A DNA stretch of 64,000 nucleotides from Oikopleura dioica (taxonomy: Eukaryota; Animalia; Chordata). The stretch lies in assembly GCA_907165135.1 (NCBI GenBank), contig OU015569.1, positions 5,456,001 to 5,520,000 on the forward strand, read 5' to 3'. Positions 37,791 to 48,477 of the stretch are shown in pieces. The position numbers and the translations under genes are program-made. The first letter of the stretch is position 1. Each line of letters starts with the position of its first letter. The notes beneath the pieces are model-generated. The model searched no databases and was not told the DNA's origin. It saw only the letters and a list, made by a program, of their open reading frames with translations.

Positions 37791-38085
37791 TACCATGGAG
37801 TTGAGCTCTAAGTGGAGATAGGAGAATCTGAGCGTCTTAGGCCCCGTAAGACGCTCGATCTGCGAGCGCGCCTAATTTTGGGAGAAGCCGCGCAAACGCT
37901 TGTCGGCTCTCTCATTGGCTTAGACCCGTTTTATTTCCAGATTCTGTTCTTCAGAATCTCGAGATTCTTCTAAACCGCCAAGCAAGCGTTTAAGAAAATT
38001 TCTAGACTTCCCCGACAGTGATTTGCGCGGGATACGGGGAAGGGGGGCCAGAGGCTTTCTCCCAAAAGAGTTAAACTCCATGGTA
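37791..38085. mobile_element. MITE copy 2 (~291 bp, TA TSD) in the spacer of the 5S-SL palindrome
   Basis: TA|CCATGGAGTTGAGCTCTAAGTGGAGATAGGAGAATCTGAGCGTCTTAGGCCCCGTAAGACGCTCGATC is the exact reverse complement of the right end of the 29468-29749 copy; ends ...AACTCCATGG|TA. Confidence 0.85.
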
Positions 38086-38119
38086 TAATCAAACCATCAG
38101 AAGAAACAGTCCCAAACGT

Positions 38120-38199
38120 GGTCAAACCGACCGGTAAAATGATGTAAAAAAGGCATAAATTGATGAAATTTTTCACAATTTTAACCGGTTGGTTTGGCC
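38120..38199. repeat. Small imperfect inverted repeat (~21 bp arms) in the palindrome spacer
   Basis: GGTCAAACCGACCGGTAAAAT (38120-38140) versus ATTTTAACCGGTTGGTTTGGCC (38178-38199). Confidence 0.6.
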
Positions 38200-38430
38200 G
38201 CGGTAGGGATTGATTCTTCTCTATATCGACAGGAAATCTTCTGGGGAGCAATTTGATAGGTCACACATTACCTTAACTACTAAATTTCGTCAACTTCCGG
38301 CTCTAGAATCGGACCGGAAGTGGGATTTTTGAAAACTAAAACGGTCAAAGTTCTTAGAATTTCCTGCTGATTCTAAAAAGGTATGGTGTTCTAGGGTTTA
38401 TAAGGCGCAAGTGGGCTAGAAAACTTCCAC

Positions 38431-38523
38431 CACCTTAAAAAAAGCGCGTCATAGGAGAGAGAGGGCATGGAGACGATTCTTACCTGTTAGACAATCGAAA
38501 TCGGACTCAAAAATGGGATGAGT
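38431..38523 (-). ncRNA. SL RNA: Spliced-leader (SL) RNA gene, right copy; SL exon 38523-38484; 3' end approximate
   Basis: Exact reverse complement of the left SL copy, including the GTAAG donor. Confidence 0.92.
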
Positions 38524-38778
38524 AAAGAGAAGGGGTGCTTGATTTCGAGGTCGTTTTGTCGCTGCGCGCTCCTATTTTCGGCCTCTTTTCAGAAAATCGC
38601 GCGGTAGAGGGCGCTTTTTTACAAGTGCCACGCCGCCCGCAACGCAAGCTCCACTCTCAATGTTTCACAAAGATAATGTCAATCATTTTCGATGGTAGCT
38701 AGTTCGATTCATCGAAAATCTTTTGGGAAATTTTGCCCGAGACAAAAGGATGATCCATTTCCTTGCAAAAAATCAAAA

Positions 38779-38897
38779 TGCTTAGCGCACGAGGTATTCC
38801 CAACCGGTCACCCATGTAAGTACTAACCCCGCCCGTCGTAGTTTGACTTCAGTGATCGGACGAGAACTGGTTTATTCTACGCGGTATGACGCTAAGC
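38779..38897 (-). rRNA. 5S rRNA: 5S rRNA gene, right copy
   Basis: Exact reverse complement of 37117-37235, with a T-run terminator. Confidence 0.95.
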
Positions 38898-38951
38898 GAT
38901 GGTGTTTCAACAAAGACAATATTTATATAATTTTAAGACTTAAGTAAGAGT

Positions 38952-39905
38952 TTATTTCAAATTCTGAATAGTCTGGTCAATGTAGTTTTCACCATTTAGG
39001 TCGATATGCAAGTCAGTCAGGATGAAATCGTTTCGGACGGGTAAATAGCCTATTTGGTCCATTGTTTTTCGGCTAAAAATGATTGATTTTATTAAACAAG
39101 ATTGGTGGAAAATTCAATTGACGTACCAGTAGTTATCAATAGTATCGACAAGATCGAACGGCAACGTCGTTCTCCACTCGTTCGGTTCTAATTGATAGTG
39201 CTCTGCCCACTTCTGTAAGTCCTGAGCATTTACGCCTCTCCACTTGTAGCCAGCAAACTTGTAGAGCTCACTGACGACACTTAACTCGTTCGCTTCAAGA
39301 TCTTCTAGTCTGATGACGCGTGCACGCTTTCGTCCGCTAAAGTCGTAGAGAAAGTCAAAGCTTTCTTGGATCTCGTCGCAATAAGCGAAGACAGTCGGCA
39401 AAACTTCTTCAAAGTTGGAAAGTTGCTTGCGTTTTATGTGATAAAGTGCGTACTGCCGAGGATTCACCACCATGTAAATAAGGCGTCCAGGATAAGAGAG
39501 AAGGTTCGATACTGTATCGTTGAAAGTCACGTGGTAGACGTGATTTCTGGATTGGCACTGGTGTGCCGTTGTTCGAGCAAAATGACAATTTCGCGCCTTC
39601 AGCAGCTCCTCGAAAGAAGTAACTTTTTGCAGAAACAGAGTACCGTCGAATTCGAGAAAATCACTGAGCGCCGAAGCACCTGCCAGGGGCGAAGAGTAGA
39701 TGAAGACATCTTCCACCTTTGGAGAAAACAACGAAATCTCTCGCTGAGATGGTCTCTGCAGCAATTTCCCCTGATCGATTTGCAAAATCTCTTCAAACTT
39801 GACCAAGTGGAAGTTAATAAAAAACGCCAAAACAATAAAATTCAGTAGTGCAAACGAAAATATAAATTCTCTAATAGAGCAGTCGCAGAACTTATGCGCT
39901 TTCAT
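38952..39905 (-). CDS. Carbohydrate 6-O-sulfotransferase-like (CHST1/2/4/5/6 family) type II membrane protein with degenerate PAPS-binding motifs
   Basis: N-terminal TM; VFIYSSPLAGASALSDFL (5'-PSB position), LIYMVVNPR (3'-PB position), RLEDLE, WRTTLPFDLVDTIDNYC|RKTMDQIGYLPV; two exons. Confidence 0.65.
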
Positions 39906-40530
39906 TGGAGACAATTTAGCCGGGCGACATTGAAACGAGGAGATGATCGAAGCGATTTGTAACGCTGGTGAATGTGGTCGCTGAAATTGATAAAAACTAA
40001 TCTGTTAATGAGCTGTTCATGCCGAATGCTGCGATGCGCATATCTTTGCCGCTTGCTTTGCCTGTTTTCTCAATTAAAGTCAACAGTTGTTCTTTTGATG
40101 TCTAATTTGGAATTCGGCACGTGGAAAACATTTGAGAAAAATGGTTATCTTGGGTGGTAGGATTTTCGGAGGAATTCCGGCATCGAAAACCCTAAACTCT
40201 TGCAGGCGGGGGTTTCGGAACCCCAGCATATCAGAAATAAACCACCCATTTTTGAGATAATGAGGAAAGCACTCAAAGAATATCAGGAGGAAATCCGGCA
40301 TACGATATCCTTTGAAGGAAGCGTCAGTGTAGTTTTTGGTTTTAGTTTCAACATTAAATTAAAGTTATTATTATTCTAAAAAGATCTTAGAATAATAATA
40401 GTCGACAGAGCACTCCAAAAAGGTTAACTTGAATAGAGAAATTGAAAGTTGAACTTAGCTAGCGATTTGTCAGAAAATTTGGTAAATCGAATGCGTGAAT
40501 AGTTGTCAGAAAATAAGAGACAGAAAATAA

Positions 40531-43500
40531 TTAGTAAATACGCTTTTTCAAGCTTTTAGGAGGAATGCCACGCTTGGGTACGTACTGGTCCTTTCGTGGT
40601 ACCATCGAGATACAGTCGATGATCGGGCAGACCGAGAAGCAGAGTGTGCACCCAGTACAAGTGTCGTGATTGACAACTGGAAGATGAGTCTCAGGGTCGA
40701 ATGAAATAGCCTGAAAAATATTAAGTTCGACATCCATCTTTTGTCAAAATTACCTGATAGCCAGAGTCATTGCACGTCATGTAGCATTTTCCGCAGTTGA
40801 TGCACATATCTGGATCGACCAGAGCAACAACGTGCTGTTTGTTGTCCAGATCGTTGTACTTTCCAATATTCGGTAAAGAACGGCCAATGACATCAGAGAC
40901 AGTGGGAATGTTCTTTGTTGGGACAACAGTAGTTCTAGTTTCAAATCAATAAGGGTAACGCCATTTTCGACTTACGTATTGTTGGGCTTGAGAGAGTCAG
41001 CAAGGAGATCTCGCTCAACCATTTTGGCGGCCATGGCAGCGTCTTTTTCCTTTTTGTATGCTCCGAAGTTGGGAATATCCTTTCCAAGCTCCGCGCAAGA
41101 GATAACCTCTTTGCCGAGTTGATGTTTTGGAGTCGGCGGAGATTGACCGTCCCAGTCAACGAGTTCGCCAATAGAAGATTTTCCTAGCAATAAATTAGAG
41201 GAATACATCTTATATCCTGCGGTTACCTTTGAGATAGAGAAGAGTTTTGAGTCCGCTAATGTAATCTTGGACGACAGTGTAGTCCTGGTTTTGGACAGCG
41301 GAGCAGACTTGCATCGCACTTGCACCAGCGTTGAAATACTGCATGGAAACATCAGCAGAATCGATACCGCCAGTCGCCAAAATAGGGAATCCAGGGATTG
41401 CCCGTGCGATAGCGGAAACAGCTTTCATAGCAATCGGCCGAATGGCATTACCTTCATTTTACAGTTCGTAAATTGTTTTTCCTTTTGAAGTTTTTACCTG
41501 CAACACCACCGTAAGTTGTTTTCTTTTCGGATCCGACACCTGGCCAAGGAGTACCATCTCCCTTGATCTGCATCAATCCAGAAACAGTGTTGGTCGCAGT
41601 GACGCCATCGGCTCCACCGTCCTTAGCTGCCTGAGCGATAGCAGTAATATCAGTGATGTTAGGTGTCATCTTTGGGAAGAAGGGAACAGTCGTGACTTCC
41701 TTCACCCATTTGGAAATATTGTAGACCATATCGGTATTCTGACCGCAAGCAAGACCCATGCCACGCTCGCCCATTCCGTGAGGACAAGACAAGTTCAACT
41801 CGAGCATATCAGCACCAGCCTTGCAAGATCCAATCGCAAGCTCTTGCCAGTCCTCTTTGTTGTAAGAAGCCATAATCGAAGCAATAACAACCCTGGATTG
41901 TAAATTTGTCATTTTGTAAAAAAATGATTCTTACTTTTCTGGGAAGTCATCTTTCAGCTCTCGAATAGATCTGTACCAGTATTCAGCAGACTTCTCGGAA
42001 ATCAACTCAATGTTGATAAAAGAGCCTAGACCGGGTCCGTATTGATGACCGCTCGTTGTACCTCTTGTGATACGAGGAGCGACGTTCGTGACCAAATCGT
42101 GATCGCAACCGAAAGTCTTTGTAACGGTGAATCCCCATCCAGCTTCGAATGATCGTCGGATCATAGCAGAATTCGTTGTCGGTGGAGCGGAAGCCAAGCC
42201 AAAAGGATTTGGAAATTTTACACCGCAAATTTCCACAGAAATATCAACATCGTCAATTGGAGTGTGGAACATAGGAAGAATGGCTGTGGTTCCAGGGTCT
42301 TCGCAATTACCTTTCTTTTGAAGGAATCTAGGAATCATCATTAAATGCCGCGAGCAACGAAAAGAATTACCTGTGCATCGACCAGGAAGCAGTTTTACCA
42401 TCGTTAGCAGCTTCAACAGACATTCCAGAAATGCCGGTAAGATCACCACCGACAAATACATCCTCGGATTTTGTGCAGCCAGTATCGGGATCGATAACTG
42501 GAGTTCCCCACTTATTGAGCTCGACACCCATTGCGTCCTTGATGGCTTCGCTGGTAAGGCCGGAACCGAACGCAGAAATGACGAAGTTAGCTTTGACTTT
42601 AATGACTTGGTCTGAGTCGACAATCCAGTTTCCGTCATCGTCTTGTTCTGTTCGATGGAACTCGATCGCGTTGATTTTGCCATCTTCTCCAGTGTAGACC
42701 TTTTCGGGATTTAGGAAAGGCATGAATTCACATCGCTCGTCCTTAGCGAGATCGGCTTCTTCTGGCACAGCTCGGATATTCTGAACACCTTTTCGGAAGG
42801 CAACAAAGACTCGTCGGGCACCACAACGGATCGCGCTTGTCGCACAATCAAACGCGGTATCACCAGCGCCGAGAACGACAACGTTTCCATGAAGCTCAGG
42901 TAATTGAGATTTGCAGGAGCACATTCCAGCTTTGGAAGCTTGAGCTACCTTTGGCAAGAACTCTTTAGACGTGTAGAAGCCAGAGCTAGCATCGAGGCCT
43001 TTGAAGATGGGCGAAGTTTTTGGATTTGGAAGTCCGATACCGAGGAAGATAGCGGCGTTTCCTTCGTCACGCAGCTGTTGCACAGAGAGATTTCTTCCAA
43101 GTTCACGGCCGTATTCGACCTTAACGCCAAGATCTTTTACCAGGTTTGTTTCCCAATCGATAACATCATAAGGGAGTCGGTACTGAGGAATTTCGGATGC
43201 AGAGAGTCCACCTGGGTTTTCGTCTCGCTCGTAGATTGTAATGTTGCTGTAGCCCATTCGAGCGAGGAAAGTAGCGCAAGAAATTGATGCGGGTCCACAG
43301 CCAACAAGAGCGATCTTTTGGTTGAAAGCAGCTGGCATGTCTTCGGGTGCGGGCAGAGCGGGGTCACGCGAAGCCGGGATTTTCATTGCTTTGAAAACTT
43401 CACAGGCGTATTGCTGGAGACCAGAGATGTTGATTGGCCCCTCTTCTGCCGCGTACAAATTGCAACCGCCCATGCAAAGATCAGATGTTGGGCAGACCAT

Positions 43501-43984
43501 ACCACAAGTCAAACCGATGGGATTGTCAGACAAAATGATCTGTGCCGCGCCATAATAGTTTTTGTTAGCGATAGCGGAAATGAATGCTGAAAATGAGATA
43601 GAATAATTTGTCCTATTATGGCATAAACTTACATTTGATATCGAGCGAAGTAGGACAAGATTTCTGGCACGGGGCATCTGCACATTTGAGACAGCGACCG
43701 GCTTCTCTGAGAGCAGCTCTCTCCGAAAGAGTAGTGTGCTTAATATCACCGAAGTTCTTGTAAAGTTTGCCCTTTGAACCGCAGCCATCATTTTGGGAGC
43801 ACCCTTGTGACTTTTTAATGTTTCGTTTCCAGTGGGCTTTGGCTTTCTGACCCTTGTGAGTGGGGATCGACTTGGCCCCAGAGTAGCTCTTCGGATTGAG
43901 AGCGAGGACAGATTCAATGTCAGGAATGTCCACCGAGACCTTCTCGGGGACGCTAGCAGGTTCAGCTCCTTGCTGTGGAGGCAT
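40531..43984 (-). CDS. DPYD: Dihydropyrimidine dehydrogenase (NADP+)
   Basis: [102 protein letters not shown] and C-terminal 4Fe-4[13 protein letters not shown]; all introns GT-AG. Confidence 0.98.
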
Positions 43985-44897
43985 CTCAAGACTGAAAAAT
44001 ATCTCTAGATATTGTTTACCCCAAAATAGGAATACAAAATGGAGACAACGATGATATGCAAATCTATTGAAAAAGGCGCCAAAAAGATTCTTATCAAGTT
44101 TTCTCTTTTGAAAATTAGAATGTTTCTATTATTTGATGCTTTTAACGACCTTAAGGCTTACACCTACGACTTTTTAAACATCCATCGAAGCGAAACTGAT
44201 TTAATTAAGTTTATTCTCTGACTGACCTGGTAGTGCACTTCTCTGCGTGCGACTGCTGAGTCAAAGAGGAGCCCCTAACTCCGAAGTTCTCTGCAAATAG
44301 CCTACAGTCAGGTTAAATCGGGGTGTTTCACCGATAAAAGTATCGGAATCAGTACTTTCTCTTTGTAAATCAGCGGCTCAGTGCTAGTTGAGCTCGCCGA
44401 ACTGAATTAAAAACAAATTCAGTGAGTAAGGACAGTCGTAAAAGAAAATTGAGGGTCTAGAAGATGTTTGCTCCTTGGAGGCGTGGTCAAAAAGCGTCAC
44501 CAGCGAGAACCCGCGGGTATATGATCTACATTACAAGCAACTTCACCTTCAAATGACCTAAATGTGCAACTGGCACTGCGAGGGAGTACCGAAAAGTACT
44601 GTAGACTAAATAAATCGCCGGAAATCAGCTATAAAGAGGTGTTATTGAAATGAAAAATAACCCTTCCGAGGGAAAATTCGCGAAATTTGTAACCAAACGT
44701 AACATGCGCGCGATTTCTAACGACCTCAATGTTTAACTTGGACCCCGTGAGCGCTGTTGAGATCGCACCATAGACCGTGGTCACCCGTGAACTTGGAATC
44801 CAAAGTCTAGGAGTTACGAAAATCAGAAATATTTTATATTCATATGTACAGTGAGCGTATAAAACAGATTAGAAACAAGGACAGATAAACAGGTTAT

Positions 44898-47011
44898 TTA
44901 CAGAAGATGTCTTCGTACAGTTTTGTGATTGGGATCGTCTAGTGCTCGCAGCCAGGCGGGAATCTCAAAATCAGCTGTGCACTTTTCGTCATGCACATCC
45001 ATCCACCACCAGTGAGCGACTAAAATGCAGGGTGTTACGTAATCTGTCTAGAATCGCTATCCAATATAGAAATCATGGAAGAGAATATTTTCTTACCAGA
45101 AGCGATTTTCTGCTTGGGGAAACCGCTGTGCTTTCTGTCGTTGATATTCTTGCAGAGGTTGCACATCATTTGGTCGTAGTTACCCAAGTGATCGACTGAG
45201 TGCTTCTCCTGCAGCTTGGCCGGACTGACATCAGCGCGCCACTGATGGTACTCCATGTAAGCCGTGTCATTTCCATCGAGATAGTCCAAATAATCAACCA
45301 AATGCGCGGGAGAATCAAAGTCCTCCTAAAAGCCGATTATTTCATTGTGCATGATGCCTTTCTATGATCATGGAACGCGATTGGATTCGCGGCGCCAGAC
45401 TCAAGTACATATCTAATTACGAGGCTGTTATTTTATACCTTCGTGTCGACAAAGATTAATTCGCACAAATTAGTAAGCAACGACGACTAACCGTATGAAT
45501 ATATGATTTTGGAGGTGCAATTTTTGCCACATCATCTCGATGAGGGCCGAAAACGATCGGAACGGCTCCGTTTGCCAGCGAGTTTCTCCAGAACTTCTCG
45601 GATATGTAATCATTACAGTGCACAGAGTTTTCAAAGGCCAGGTAGAATTTATATTTGGCAATAGGTCCGATATCGTTTCCATGCGTCCATGGCGATCCGA
45701 CAAGAGTATTGTTGAAGCACTCGCCATATCCATCAAGAGAAAGTCCTTTGAGGGTTTTTATCTGTTCTTTTTTCTTGCATCCAAGATTCTGTGTCTGTTT
45801 TCACCCCTTCCCTGCACGAATCATTTGGTCAGCATATTCCATTCTTCGCGATGCACCGTTCGTTCTCTCACAGTTACTTACAATCCAGGCAGTATGTTTC
45901 TCTGCCGTTTTCAAGGAGAGAAGATCACTGAACATTTGATCTACTGGTTTGAGCCGCTTACCTTGGTCAAAACGGAGAAATTTCGCTGACGTGATCGTGT
46001 TTCCGAAAGGGCGGTGGATATCACTATCCAGCCGATAAGAAAGGGTGAGATTAAATGCAGGGTCCCAGAATTTCACGTCTTATTTTGGTTCCATTTATAA
46101 AAAATAATTGTCAATTAAAACATAAGTTATGTTAATGTAGCGACTATTATTGATTACGGGACTTGGATGAATCGTCAAAACTTCCGTAGTTATCTTTTAC
46201 GGAACTCCTCCCAGCTGATTCCACGTAATTGGTAGGTACCTTACCAACGTAGAGGACTAGCCCGTAAATCAACTGTAATTGATGTCCTAGAATTTAGATA
46301 TCTAAGAACGAATTGATATTTCTAGTTCATTAACCAGTGCCTTGATAGTTTGTTCCTTTGGTAATTCCTTTCGAAGCAGCTTCCCGTGGCCAAATGACCC
46401 AATATTGCGAGTCAGTATTGCGATCTTTGAAATCAGGCAAGTCTAAAAGCGGGTTGAAGGTGAATATTGTTAGGCGATTTTGAAGAGTACTGTCCCTATC
46501 GCCGCGTCAAAATATTTGGAATTCTTTTAAGCACTTAGCACACTTTTGATATTTCATAAGAGGAAACCCAGCAGCGTGGCAGGAAAAATATTTCCAAAAC
46601 TGTGCTAGAGGATGCTTTAGAATGATTACCGTTGTGACGATTTCCAACGCTGAAACGAGTGTTATCGAATAGAATCGCTGTCGCGCTTTTTTCGATTGTT
46701 CGATCATTGGTGTACCAACACCCGCCACAACTGGGCCGAACTTGTCGGTAAAAAGGTTTGCGAGGATGACCCGGAGTAGAAGAACTCCAGAACTGAAAAA
46801 CTCGATAAAGATTTTTGTTTTCTTCGTTTCAGTCGAAGGTAGAACAAACTTCAATACTCACGTTTAAAATTGTCGTCGACTCATCCAGAACTTCTCTAAT
46901 CTTTCTGACTCTTGGCCCCTTCTCAATTTTTCCCAATACATTTCTCGCTTCTGTCAGTTTGAAATTCTCGAGTGTATTACTGTACAAAAGCAGCAATTTA
47001 AGCGTCCACAT
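44898..47011 (-). CDS. Alpha-1,3/4-fucosyltransferase (GT10); 5' end uncertain
   Basis: FNLTLSYRLDSDIHRPFG, TAWIVSNC, KYKFYLAFENSVHCNDYISEKFWRNSL..GAVPIVFGP (GT10 motif), DFDSPAHLVDYLDYLDGNDTAYMEYHQWR. Confidence 0.9.
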
Positions 47012-48477
47012 CTTTCGGTGGCCTGTTCTCTCTTAGGGATGCTCCTTTAGCAGGTACTCGTCTTTAGCACGGCGCGCATCGTCTTTTTTCATGTGGCAGT
47101 AGAGAGGCGCGGCGCAAGTTACCGCGCGCCATGCGCTTTTTACTTTGGAGAGGGGATGCGTTTAGCGTTCCAGGCCTATATTTAGCGGCTCATTTCGCAA
47201 GAAGCTATTTGCTTCTAAAAATGAACATGCCGTAAATCACTTACATCTGGGTGAAACTCTCCCTTACTCTTACGCGGCCATAATTGGTTATTGCCATCCT
47301 TAAGAATATAATATTCCAAATATATGCCATCCGGCCGACTTAACCGTTTCCACACTCTGCGGTCGCAAAACTTACTTTCACGTTCGGTCAAATGCGATTT
47401 GGCGAGCTCAAACGCTCAATTAGCTTGCAGGTCAAAAACTATGGTTTCACGAGTTATCTTTGACAGTCGAGATTTAACTCTGCATTTGAGATATAGGATA
47501 GACTTGCTCAAAAATCTGGGAAACAATCGAGGTGCATGCCGTGGCTGCATCTTAAGATTGCGACGACGCAAGTGTCATCTGTTTCCCAAATGCCACATTC
47601 CATGATTGCTGTCACAAGGCGATGGGCACTCCTTTTTTTTAATCAAGAAACGGCATCATCAGCAGACCGCACTAGGCAAAAGAAAAATGATCCGTTCCGG
47701 ATCTTTCTAAGTCTTTCGCGGCCTGCTCGTTATTATGCAACGTAGGAATAGCTTATATATTTGCTTCAAGGTAACAATAAAACATAGATCCATATTTTTG
47801 TGGGTTATATTTTGAACTTGCAGTCAAGAAAACTTCACGTTGAATACAATCAGCAAGAACGGGTTTGTATGTTGGCAGCTGGTGGGAATCGAGCGACGTA
47901 AACCTCAAGAATCAAAATTTCTCTGGTTTAGAATTGCCGCCGTGAATTAGCGCGGATAAACCCTTCAAACTCGGCTGAGGTAATCGGCCAAGGGTCGAAT
48001 TGTTTTTGTGCGAAATGACTTGAGTATGCTCTACTAAGTCTTGGGCGTAATTAATTCAAACAAGGACCGTTTTCGCATGACGAGAATGTTTATCTCGAAT
48101 ATTTTTCTAAGCCCTTTATTTTCTATCTCTCGCGTTCCAACTTTTTCAAAGGATAGAAAAAACGCCGCTGATCTAATAAAAGCGCGCTGAACTACGCTCT
48201 ATGATGTTTAAATAATTTTTGAGCATTCTAATAACTCTTTCGCAAAACTCACAAAAAGAACGGACAGAAGCTGGGGCTTACCTTTGCGTGGAAATCGGCA
48301 CAGGTTATCCCCTAAAAGTTGGAATCTGCAAGTCGAAGGAAAAAAAAAGAACCACGTTGGTCGTGAGTCACGTAGGAGCAATTTAGGTTTGTTGGAGAAA
48401 ATGTGAAAAAAGTGGTCTAATTGTGAACGAAACGGTGGAGCGACGGTGCTCCATTAGATCGCATTACGTGTTCCTCG

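Larger units (their letters stand above)
37080..38934. repeat. Long inverted repeat: ~650 bp arms (37080-37731 and 38282-38934) around a ~550 bp spacer
   Basis: Arms are reverse complements and look identical through the 5S and SL portions; a few mismatches occur near the inner and outer edges. Confidence 0.95.

Noticed and set aside
47870-47960. tRNA-like 3' end (CTCGATTCCCACCAGCTGCCA on the minus strand)
   Set aside because: No T-stem pairing, D-arm or acceptor-stem partner could be built.
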